Source: Geosiphon pyriformis uo1 (Eukaryota; Fungi; Glomeromycota). Taken from it: a stretch of 64,000 nt of DNA. The stretch covers positions 1,494,757 to 1,558,756 of the forward strand of contig JAAOMT010000134.1 in NCBI GenBank assembly GCA_016748015.1, given 5' to 3'. Below, piece by piece: positions 1-12,922 of this stretch. Both the position numbers and the translations under genes were made by a program. The notes beneath the pieces are model-generated. The model worked only from the letters and a program-made list of their open reading frames with translations, was not told where the DNA came from and made no database searches. Each line of letters begins with the position of its first letter. Position 1 is the stretch's first letter.

Positions 1-654
1 AGAATAAAAGAAATGTAAAAAAAAAAGTAAAACTGATGATTTATGGAAGTCATTTCAGATCCAGGCCTGAAAGTGCTTTAACAGTCTAGTGAAATTGGTA
101 GCTAATCAATTTCAACTGTTAGTAAGGTTTGGTTAATTTCAAGGGAAATAATTAAGAATTTGATTTTTCGAATTATTTGATATTTATTTTGTTTTTGTAT
201 GTAAAGGATGATTCTAATTATTAAATCTAAAGTAAGATACATTTTCTCGAAGAGAAAAGCTCTTCTTTTATACAACTTGTCATAACACTATTCTATAAAC
301 TTGAACTTTGCTATTTTCTATAATTTTACTGAACTAAAGATACATTTCGGCAAACTACAAGTTATTTCTGTAAACTATTAGATATTTCAGCGAACTATCA
401 ATTATTTCGGCAAATTTTTTACAAATTTTGGCAAACTTTTTGAATGTTACATAGTTTGGGGTATTGCATAATTGATCATCACAATTAGGTTACATTTGTG
501 TTATGTACAAATTGGGTTATTAATTAAATAATAATTTCAGATATTTTGCTAATGTAATATGTGATAATTTGAAACGATGATATATGCTAATTGATAATAA
601 GATTTATAAGGGTAATTTCATGCTAAACAATATCTCTAATTTTGTCTGATAACA
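1..654 (-). repeat. LTR of a family-B Ty3/Gypsy element (LTR 5' end at 654; remainder runs off the window), inserted in gag of element A1
   Basis: Reverse complement begins TGTTATCAG...TAGCATGAAATTACCCTTATAA and matches the family-B LTR at 21451-22447, including the ACAAGTTGTATAAAAGAAGAGCTTTTC block and decayed TTCGCCGAAA repeats. Gag codons resume at 655. Confidence 0.88.
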
Positions 655-1990
655 ATGTACACATATTGTATCTCAACACCCTTCAAGACACAGTTACACA
701 CACCAGAGATTTCGAGTCAGCAGAGTTAGAGGCCAATCATACTCAAGCCATAAACCTAGTAATGAACAGATTATCTGAATTGAATTCTAAGTTGAAACAA
801 TTTAGTAATTCCATCAACCAAAAATTAAAGGGATACTTAGGTAACAATTAGGCAATCTATCAACCTCTACAATGATGCAATAATCAAGGAAATGTAAATC
901 ATTTCCAGAATCAGTCGTGCCCATCATCCTCAACCAATCAGCAGTGGCAGTAGGAAATGCATGTTTGTCACTACTGTGGTAAACAAGGGCATTTAAGGGT
1001 TAACTGTAGGTTAAGAATAGATAACCAACAATTGGAAAATCAATATTGAAACTCCAATCACCAGTTCTTAACTCTGAATTACCAATTCAACCCAACACCA
1101 TATCAACTGACTTATTTGCTGATGACACAACAGCCAATATATTAACCACCCATATATTAATCTTCAGTCTATTAACCACAGCCACCAGTAATGTATCAAT
1201 CATTGCAGCCACAAATAATTTATCAGGCACCCACAATTCAAACACCACCATTTAACCCAGCTCAAATAACATTAGGAAATCTCAGATCCAGAGTAATCCA
1301 AAACTGGAGATCGGCAATGGTGATTCACCAACCAATTTCTATTTCATCAAATCAACCATCAAGATCACACCAGCAGAGTTTAGGAACCGGGTATAACCAA
1401 AATCCGAGTTCTCAAAACTACTTAAGTCTTCTGGTTAGCCCAGAAGATGCTGCACCCAGCATACAGGAAACCAACCAAAGGACACTTACCAACAACATTC
1501 TACCCACAACTATCTTCCACAACAAATCATTAGCCGTGATCTTTCCATTTAAACTTAAAGAACCATCAGTAACCCCTCTATTTAATGAAGCTGTCCTCGA
1601 AGAGAAACTCATCACTGCCATGTACACAGATGTCAAAGTTGATGATCAGTTCATCAAATTGATATTAAATAGTAGATCAGTTGGCAGTATCATTACAAAA
1701 CAACTCATGGACCAATTAGATCATCGAGTTGATCGAACTGCCAGCACATGTATTATCACAGCTGATGAAGCAACTAAAATTCCAATTGGCGAAATTGACA
1801 ATTTACCAATTGAAATCAATGGCATTATCATGTCCATTAAAGTTTTTGTGATAAAAGCAACACAATATCAAGCACTCATTGGCAATGACTGGTTGTCCAA
1901 AACCAATGTTGTACTGGACTGAACAACTCAAGAACTGGCACTCAGTTAGAACAGTTGACACACGTAAGTACCAGCCACATGTGACCACTT
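655..1990 (+). pseudogene. gag: Gag C-terminus (CCHC knuckle, Q/P/Y-rich linker) in frame with aspartic protease, decayed
   Basis: ARDFESAELEANH helix; CHYCGKQGHLRVNC at 966-1007; protease ILNSRSVG (ILDSG.AG in other copies) and ALIGNDWL; stops from CAA>TAA, CGA>TGA and TGG>TGA. Confidence 0.9.
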
Positions 1991-2329
1991 CAAGATGACC
2001 AACCCAACAACACTCCTAGTTGAGTTCAAAAAGGAGAAAAAAAAACCTATCTGAGAAGCCTACTAAGTCTTATGGGCTGATAAAAACCACAACAAACTGC
2101 TGCCAATACTATCATAAGACAACCAAAGAAAAGGGAAACAAAAAGAAATCAAACTTACTTGAGACATCAACAACAACTGGAAAACCAATAAAGACCAAGA
2201 GGAAGTGATAAATTAAGAGTAGGAAGAGAATAAAAATGAGAAAGAGAAGGGAAAGGCAAAAGAAGAAGAATCAACATCCACAGACACCTACACCATTTAT
2301 ACTCATCTATTACCACAACCAATCAACTA

Positions 2330-3000
2330 TCATTGACCAAAGCTTATATGTGTCAATTGTGGCAAGAAACTGTCATCAATGGGCACATGCTGTGGCAATG
2401 ACAAGGAATACCCAATCATGACTAAATTTTATTGTCACCCATGCGTTGTAGAACGTTTTGGATGACCAAAATGACAAGAAAAATGGGACAACCAATCATG
2501 TTTTGCATGTGGAATAATCTTGTTTGACGAGAAAATATGGAATAACATTCCTGGACAAAGAGAAACATGTGACAAGACATGTTAGTACACTATCTTAATA
2601 AATAACTGGGTATGCAAGAGAACACCAATCGACAATACATGGAAAAGAGTGTTATGACAATTGGAAGGATATCCTCATGATGAACATGAACTTTGGAGAA
2701 TGGCATATGCAAAAGCAGAAGACATGACAACCAGTAAATTACTGGAAATAAAAAACAATTCTTTATCTCTTCCTGAACCTGAATACATCCAAACTTTTGA
2801 CATCTTTGGCAACATCAAGAATAACCTGGAAGAATTCCATGAACACTACTAGTGATTAATGCCCACAATAGAAAAGCAGAAACAATGCTTAGAAGAAATC
2901 AACACTCAACTATATGACCACTGTTTGATTCCATGTGACTTCCAGTATTGTAATGAGTATGACCTTATTTACAATCTACCACCATGCATGATCTACACAA
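2330..3000 (+). pseudogene. Cys-rich putative Zn-binding domain between protease and dUTPase (function unknown)
   Basis: CVNC...CC...CHPC...CFAC...CDKTC followed by (C)DHCLIPCDFQYCNE; conserved in A3, A5, A6 and B. Confidence 0.75.
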
Positions 3001-3235
3001 TCCCAGAAGAAGAAGAACCAATCAGTAGCTGTGCATCAAAATTGGAATCAGTTTTTGATCTCAATTCAAACTCCAACAACAATGACGATGAAAACACTGG
3101 TTTTAGCTCTATTCAAAACAGCAATGAAAACAACAGCAATTGGGACTTCAATTCAAACCCAGAAATATATATTGCACTCCCTAATCTTACCAAGAAGCAG
3201 ACCTTGAAATAGTTTAGCAATAATGGGAAGGGATT

Positions 3236-3630
3236 ATGCCAAAACGTGTGCATGATACTAATGTCAGGTTTGATCTGAGATATCTGAGAAAAGAAGTCAT
3301 CAAATTGGAACCAAATTTGCACACATGTATTGATTTCAAAATAGCTCTAGAAATTTCAGCAACAACAATGATTCAGTTAGCATCTAGAAGTAGCCTAGCC
3401 AAAAAGGAAATCAACATCAGAGAAGAAATAATTGATGCAAGATACATAGAAAATATCATTGCTATGCTACAAAATGACTCTAAAAAGGCCTATATTATAG
3501 AGCTAAATAAAAAAATAGCACAAGCAATATTCCTACCTCTGGTAAAAATAACTCAATTAGTGTTAGTAGAAAACAGGGAAGAATTAAGGATTACTGCTAA
3601 AGGGATACAGAGATTCGGATCAATGTGTAG
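3236..3630 (+). pseudogene. dut: dUTPase domain within pol
   Basis: Decayed motifs 1-5: NVRFDL (DAGFDL in A3), ASRSSLA, IIDARY, KIAQAI, KGIQRFGS. Confidence 0.9.
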
Positions 3631-4189
3631 AATAGACATATCAATTAATATGGTAAAGAAAGAGATTATTGACAAAGGAGAAATTATCTCAACTTGTCAA
3701 TCAATTTCCATTCCACCATATGACCAGTATATGTTACATATAAAAAGAAAAGTAAAGAATCAGGCTCAGTTGTTTGAAACAGAAGCCACCATTTGCAAAT
3801 CAGAAGAGATTGGACTCACTAATCTCTACATATCAGCCAAAAGCCCTAAAAACATCAAAATTCCTATCTACAATACAACTGAAAGTGTTATTAAAATACC
3901 AAAAAGAACTATTATTGGATATTTGACCACTGAAGTTGAGGATCAACCACCAAATCACATTCCAGATTTTTCATAGCTTTGTGGATATGTAGATATTATA
4001 TCACAAACCATTTACAGACAAAGTGAATGTTATCTGCTCCAACCAGAACAATTGAAACATATGAACATAGAGAATCTAGATTCACTTCAATGGATGCAAC
4101 TCAAGATGTTATTTAACAATTTCAACAACATCTTTGCTAGCGAAAATGAATTTGGCCAAACCAACATCATTTAGCATCAGATCAAGACT

Positions 4190-5460
4190 GGAGATATAAT
4201 GCCAATTAAACAAAAAGCATACAGAGTACCATCAGCTAGCCATGAGATCATTCATCAAGAAATCAACCAGATGCTTGACAACGGGCTAATTCAGCCATCA
4301 ATGAGTCCATAGTTATTACCAATAGTACTAGTCCATAAGAAGAATGGAAAAATCCGTTTTTGTGTAGATTATCAGAAACTAAATGGAGTAACAAAAGATG
4401 ATAACTATCCAATGCCAAAGATCCAAAAACTATTCAATGCTTTTGGAGGAAATAAATGATTCTCAACATTGGACTTAGATAGTGATTACTGGCAAGTAGC
4501 CATAGATTCAGCTGACAAAAAAAAAACAGCATTCACTACAAAAGAAAAAAATTTTGAGTTTGAAGTCATGTCATTTGACTTGATGAATGCTCCAGCAACA
4601 TTCCAATGGCTCATGAAAATTGTCTATATAGAACTACTATAGAAATCAGTAGTTGTATACTTGGATGACACCAATGTGTTCTCAAAAACATTTGATGATC
4701 ATCTGCATTATTTCCAACAAATGTTTAAAAGGTTGAGGAGAGCAGGATTGAAACTAAATGCAACCAAATATTTCTTTGGAAAAACTAAACTCAAGTTTTT
4801 GGGACATATAGTGAGCAAAGATAAAATCAAAACAGATCCAGACAAGATTAAATTAGTTAAAAACTTTCCAGTACCAACCAACTTAACAGAACTAAGAGCA
4901 TTTTTAGGTTTTGTAGGCTATTATTGCCATTTTATCAAAGACTTTTCAAAACTAGCTCAGCCACTTTACCATCTACAAACCAAGAATGTGAAGTATAAAT
5001 AGACCAAAGCTCAACAAGAAACATTTGACACATTAAGAAGAAAGCTTATTCAAGCTCTAGTATTGATGTATCCAAATTACAACAAACTATTTATCATTAC
5101 TACTGATGCATCAGGTCAAGCATTGGGAGTAGTACTATCACAGAAAAGACCTGATGAAAGAAAGTATCCAGTAGCTTATGTCAATAGAAGTTTAAGCCCA
5201 GTAGAAAAGAACTATAGAACTCCAGCACTGGAACACTTAGCAATTTATTAGGCTGTTATCAAATAGAAAAAATACTTAAGCCAAAAGTTTGAAATATATA
5301 CAGATCACAAAGGATTAACTTTAATCCAAAAACAAAAATTTGCAGACGATTGCCATGCCAGATAGAAAATAGAACTTTTACCATTCAATTATACAGTACA
5401 TTATAAAAAGAAAAAGACAATGGAAATGCTAACAAATTATCGCGAATAAGACAAATCTAA
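4190..5460 (+). pseudogene. pol: Reverse transcriptase and RNase H, ending at a stop after LSRIRQI
   Basis: [18 protein letters not shown] (TACTTGGATGAC at ~4658), FLGH, LRAFLG, TDASG, YTDH; TAA at 5458-5460. Confidence 0.95.
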
Positions 5461-5490
5461 AAACATTTCAACCCAAAAATATAACAAAAG

Positions 5491-6867
5491 ATAAACACAC
5501 AAAAATATTAACAACTCCAGTATTATATAAATACTCAATTGTTCAAGGAGAAATTATCTCAAAAAGAACAAAACAACATAAAACAGCAATCAAAATATTT
5601 TATTAATCATCAAAATATATTTTACCGGAAAAACAGAAGAAATCCAGACCAACCAACCAGAGTAATTACAGAATTAGAAAAAAAAACAATATTGTTTAAC
5701 ATGCACTCAGATTCAACAACAAGACATTTTCATAAAGAAGCAACCATAGAAAGAACCAAAAAAAGATACTATTGGCCATCAATGTATCCAGATATCATCC
5801 AATATGTTCAAAATTGTGATGTTTGTCAAAAAAGAGGAGGAACAAAACCCAGTAAGCCATTAAGACCAATCAAAGTGGAACAACTATTTGATTGTATTGG
5901 AATTGATTTAGTCGGACCATTAACAATTACCAGCAGAAAAAATAGATATATTGCAGTAGTCATAGACTATCACACTAAATGGCCAAAAGCAAAAGCAATT
6001 CAAAGAGTGGATGTAGAATCTGTTGCCAAATTTGTTTATTAAGACTTGATTTGTCGACATGAATGTCCAAAAGAATTATTATCAGACCAAGAAACTCACT
6101 TTGTGAACAGAACACTAGCAGAATTGAGCCAAAGATTTGGAATTAAAAGACCACTATTATCACTATATCATTCACAAACAAATGGTTCAGTTGAAAAATT
6201 TAATAAAACATTGTGTGAAGCAATCACCAAACTCAGCCAAGAAAACCAGAATGAATGGGATTTGTTTATACCATCAGTACTATTTGCTTATCGAACAATA
6301 AAGCAAAATACTACACAAACAACACCATTTGAATTAGTATATGATAGAAAAGCAACAATACCAGTTGAAATAGAAGTCAACACATATCCAATTGAACCAA
6401 TAACAGAAGAGAATTTCCAGGAAACATTGTTGAGAAGGACATATGACTTAATGGAAACATTAGAAAACAAATAAAGAAGAACAGCTGATAATATTCAAAA
6501 GTCACAAGAGAAACAGAAAGAAAGACATGATAGTCAACTACCAGACAAACCAGTTGAGTTCAAGATTGGAGACAAAGTACTATTACACCATATCAAAACA
6601 GAAAAACAATGGAGTGGAAAATTTGATCCCAAATGAGATGGACCATTTTACATAGAAGAAATTCTTGGAAATAGAGCTTATAAATTAAGATAGGACAACA
6701 AAATTTTAACCAAAACAGCACATAGTGATTAACTGAAACCATATCACCAAATAGCATTATCATCTACCAATAACATTCTACAATTAGGAGTACAATGAAT
6801 ACTAGTTTAACTAGATGAGATTCTACAAGATCTGGAATCAATCATAATCATTAGACCAAACACATAA
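5491..6867 (+). pseudogene. int: Integrase (HHCC, DDE core, GPF/Y module; no chromodomain) as a separate ORF
   Basis: HSD..HF..YYWP..CDVCQ, GIDLVGPL, LSDQ, QTNGSVEKFN, DGPFYI; ends DLESIIIIRPNT*. The ATA at 5491 corresponds to ATG in A5. Confidence 0.92.
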
Positions 6868-6926
6868 AATCAAACAATAAAAGAGTATATAAAAACACAG
6901 TATATGTGACAAAGCAACCAAAAAAA

Positions 6927-7533
6927 ATGGAAATACCAGATCATATTTACACCATAGCTCAATAATTATTCCAGGCCTTAAATTAACAACCAAACAATTT
7001 GCTATTAAAACACCAAAAGAAAAACAAAGAATACACCATATTAGCAGTTATCAAAGAATGATAAAAACTGGTCAGATAACATAATAGAAAAAGTAAAGAA
7101 CACTTTTGGAAAAATACTTATTATGGCACTAACAGAAGAACTTACAAAAAAAAATTGGAAGCAATAGACAGAACAACTTCCAATATCATACTGTTACTAC
7201 CAGTTAAGTCGAAAGTTGAATATTCAGGAGTTGTATATCGACAAATCCAAGAGAATATTTAACCAAAACATAATACAGCAAATTGAAAAATTTATTGGAA
7301 AGAAAACAAACTTGACACTACATGTGAGAACAATTTATCAACTGCACAACATATTTCAGAACTATCCAGAAATACTGTTACACTCTGACATAGAAACCAT
7401 AACCATTAATCAATGGGAAAGAATGAACAATACACAAGTAGAAGATGTGAGGAATAGAGTCAAACAAACAATATTTGAAAAAAAAGTATTAGAATTAATT
7501 CAAAATGAAGATTTCAACAGAGCTCAATATTAA
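6927..7533 (+). pseudogene. ORF3: accessory ORF in the env position, unknown function
   Basis: MEIPDHI...YYQL...RTIYQLHNIF...EDFNRAQY*; small frameshifting deletion relative to the A3 copy; no hydrophobic TM stretch seen. Confidence 0.8.
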
Positions 7534-7546
7534 AAGAAGGAGATAA

Positions 7547-8376
7547 TGTTACTCATAAAAAAAGAAGACAGATATAGAAAATAACAGACTAATAAGAGAA
7601 TAGTATTTAACATGTGAGCATATTGCTCAGCAATGTGGAGCAATGTTAGAAAATTAGAGCACATTACTCAGCAATGTGAGCATTGCTCAAGAAATTATAG
7701 CACATCACTCGGAAATGTGAGCAATCTCATAAAACATCAATTATATATATATAGCAGTAGCATTAGAAATAGAAAAAAAAAGAATTTTTAGTTAGAAGAT
7801 CTTTCTATTTAGATTTTATCTAAAGCAACTTTCCAAATCACAAATATCAATAAATAATTATTCATTATCTTAATCCACTCTCTACTATCAACATGAAGTG
7901 TTGATAGTAATTGATACTTAACCACACTGGAACAATAGCTCTTGATCATGGCTATTGACAGGATACTAACTTGTAATTGCTTTTGTTATTTTCTTTATTT
8001 TCTTTTATTTTCTTTTATTTCTTTTGTTATTTCTTTGGTATTACTAAAAGTGATTAAGGATTAAGCACTGAGATACAGATGTCATAAGGACTGGTAAAAG
8101 ACCTGTGAAACAAGGGTAGAACACTCATAGATTTGAGGATAGCTTACCAGAAGGATTACCAGCCACCACACTGAAAAAGAAATTTGATGAAACTGCAGTT
8201 TTGGGAAGCTATGAATAAAACTATTAATTAAAATCTCTGTCCATTATACAAAGAACTCAACTTTAAAAACCTTCAGATATAACTAACATACTAGTGTCAC
8301 CAGCCTTGTCAAGATATTGAGCACCAAGTTACAGATTTGTTATTTGATTTGAGACCCCAAATAATCATCTGTAACA
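7547..8376 (+). repeat. 3' LTR of A1 (U3 type alpha: CACATTGCTnAGCAATGTG palindromes), preceded by a PPT at 7532-7546
   Basis: AAAAGAAGGAGATAA|TGTTACTCAT...ATCATCTGTAACA; TATATATA box at ~7742; R-U5 nearly identical to the LTR at 59763-60637. Confidence 0.93.
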
Positions 8377-9812
8377 GCATTTGTGGGGTTGATGTAGATA
8401 ATAATGCAGCTTCTAATGGGAGTTGGATTTTATTATCTGGGGAAAAATAGTAAGATCTTTCTTTTAACAAATAAAAGCATTGTTTTTTTACTAATTGTGT
8501 GGCATTTTTCTTGGGTGTTTGGGCAGGTGTTCCTAATTTTTGCTGATTTTCTTCGTGATTAATTTCTGGATTGTGGATGTGTTCTCTGGTGTTTTTTGTG
8601 AATATTGGGTAATTTTCATTGGCATATTGCTCAATTTTGCAATAAATTTAAACAATAGTCACAGCTAATGCTGTTTTTTCTTTTGTAGTAAATTGAGATA
8701 ATTTCCTATATAATTGATGTTTTGTGTCATTTGGTTTTTCTTCCCTTCCTATGTAATAATTTATTCTGGCATTAATGTAATAGGTGAAAGTGTTTTCAGC
8801 TGAACAACACTCTTCTGGTAATCCAAAATCACTTTGATGTTGTAAATAAAGAGCATGGCAGAATTTAACAACAGTGAGGTTAAGAGTTTTTGTTGCCACT
8901 TTTGTTTCTTCCTTTTTAGCAATGAATTATTGCTAATTATTATTTTCTTTTTGATTTTCTTTCCTTATAGGGTTCACCAAATGTTACGGAAATGTTTTCT
9001 TGGTATATTTTAATTGTTGATCTCCTATTTTAATTGTAATCAGTCTCTTTATTTTATGTGTTAGATATTAATGATGATGTACTAAAGATTTTTTCTTAAT
9101 GTTGTGATATAAGTCTTCTCTTTAATACTAATTGTCTTTGTATGTTATGTACTCCTTTCCAGAGGCTAATCTAAAATCTACCTGCTGTCTGGGGTCTTTT
9201 CTGAAGCTATCCTTGCAATTGCCTGATGTGTTTTTCTAATCTAGAAACATAGAATGTTAATGGCTTTTTCGCAATTTCCCTAAGTATATAATAAAGCTTT
9301 TTCAATTTAATTAGTAATCACATGAATAATCTTGATCAGGAATTATTTTTTCAAAGGGTTCAGAGATGAAATGATAGTTTTATTCATTAGAGAGGGTATG
9401 TGAATTCTATTGTTAATCTCATAATTGTGATGTTTATTCAATTTATTATTTTTTTTTATTAATTTTTTTTAAATAAGATTTATTTAGATATTTGTTGCTT
9501 CTAGTTGAAGCTGTTTTATTTTTTATTATTAAAAACTATTGTATATATATATAATTATTGTTTTACAAAATAACGTCTTATAATACTCTATTTCTATTAT
9601 TTCTAAATAATGCTTGCTGCTATTGTAAAATAGTGCTTGCTGCTTTTGTATGATAGTGCTTGCTGCTATTGCATGATAATACTTGCTGCTATTGTAAAAT
9701 AGTACTTGCTGTTATTTGTAAATTATTTTTTTTTATAAATTGTTGCTGTGCTATTTCATAATTGGCTAATTTATATTATTTATAATTCCTATTAAATTCT
9801 TGAACTGTAACA
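8377..9812 (-). mobile_element. 5' end of a family-C Gypsy element: 5' LTR 8982-9812, PBS TGGTGAACCC (~8964-8981), gag N-terminus 8377-8899
   Basis: Minus strand reads TGTTACAGTT...CCGTAACA|TTTGGTGAACCC. Gag N-terminus (SAENTFTYYINARI) is homologous to A-family AESAFNFYVNKKI. About 23-bp TGCTTGCTGCTATTG repeats at 9610-9720. Confidence 0.82.
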
Positions 9813-11832
<2,020 letters not shown>

Positions 11833-12639
11833 TATTACTTATAAAAATTAAGAGTATTATATAATTAGAGAAATAGCCAATCAGAAGTAAGTATAGTAAC
11901 AGAAAAATTCCAGAATTTTTCTGAATTGCAAGATTTCAGAATTTCAGAATCCCAAGAATCTTGTATAATACAAACTATATATATATAGCAGTAGTATTAA
12001 AAATAAGAAAAGTATTCAATTCCATTATCATTCAGTTTAAATATTAAGCATTCTTTTTTTTATCTATTAATTAACTTTTATTTCATAAATAATTACTGTT
12101 AACCAAAGTAAATTTATTAACAATATCAAATAAAACATACTTATTATTATCCAATTTATGTTATTATTGTTTAATTAAGAATCTTTATTACTCTTTTATT
12201 ATTAATACTCTATGTTGATAACATCCAATACTTAATTATGCTAGAACAATAGTTTTTGATCATGACTATTAACAGAATACTAATCTTTTATTTTATTTTT
12301 ATTTTTATTTTTATTTATTTTTTTCTTGTTTGTTTCTTTGTTGTTTACTAAGTAATTAAAGAATTAATGCACAGAGTATTAATGTCAAGAAGAATTGGTA
12401 AAAGATCTGTAAAACCAGAGTAGGAACTCAAAAATTGAGGATAGCTTATTAAGAACTAATCATTAAGCTAAGAAAGAAATTGACAGAATACATATTCTGG
12501 AAGACTATGAAAACAATTATTGAATCTCTGTTTATTATACAAAAACTTCAACCAAAATCTTTAGATATTACCAATACCACCCAACTATTAAGCACCAAGT
12601 TACAGATTTGTTATTTGTCTCCATATCCCAAATAAGCAC
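11833..12639 (+). repeat. Solo LTR of family A (U3 type beta), inserted in the RNase H of D; last 12 bp displaced to 22448-22459 by element B
   Basis: TATTACTTATAAAA start, GCACCAAGTTACAGATTTGTTATTTG...CAAATAAGCA|...GCATCTGTAATA end. Removing it restores QYRKKANHQNTDVFSR in D (decayed TSD TTGT/CTGC). Confidence 0.85.
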
Positions 12640-12842
12640 TGTTACCAGTGGAATTTTAGCTATTAATTAGCATGAAATTACCCTTATAATTCCTATAATT
12701 AATTAGTATATTAATATTATTTCAAATTATTATTTATTATTTAATCAATTATCACATATCACGATTCAATTAAATAATCCAATTAGTATAACAAAAAGTA
12801 GGATGATCAAATTACACAATACTCTGAACTTTGTAACATTCT

Positions 12843-12922
12843 AAAATTCGCCGAAATTTACAGAAATTCGCCGAAATTTATATGAAATTCGCCGAAATTT
12901 ATAGAAATTCGCCGAAATTATG
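12843..12922 (+). repeat. U3 tandem array of AAATTCGCCGAAATTT quasi-palindromes (also at 21653-21732)
   Basis: Four 20-21 bp units in each LTR; the 5' LTR array abuts an N gap, the 3' LTR array is followed by decayed units and then a gap. Confidence 0.9.

Larger units (their letters stand above)
655..8376 (+). mobile_element. Ty3/Gypsy LTR retrotransposon A1 (gag C-terminus to 3' LTR; 5' part outside the window)
   Basis: Order CCHC-PR-Cys-rich-dUTPase-RT-RH-INT-ORF3-PPT-LTR. INT follows RT, the Ty3/Gypsy order. LTR is TGTTAC...TGTAACA. Confidence 0.95.

Noticed and set aside
7880-7975. Self-cleaving ribozyme in the conserved LTR hairpin block
   Set aside because: No hammerhead CUGAnGA/GAAA core or other ribozyme consensus recognisable on either strand.
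12841-12922. CRISPR-like array
   Set aside because: Head-to-tail ~20-bp units with no unique spacers, inside an LTR, and no cas genes.
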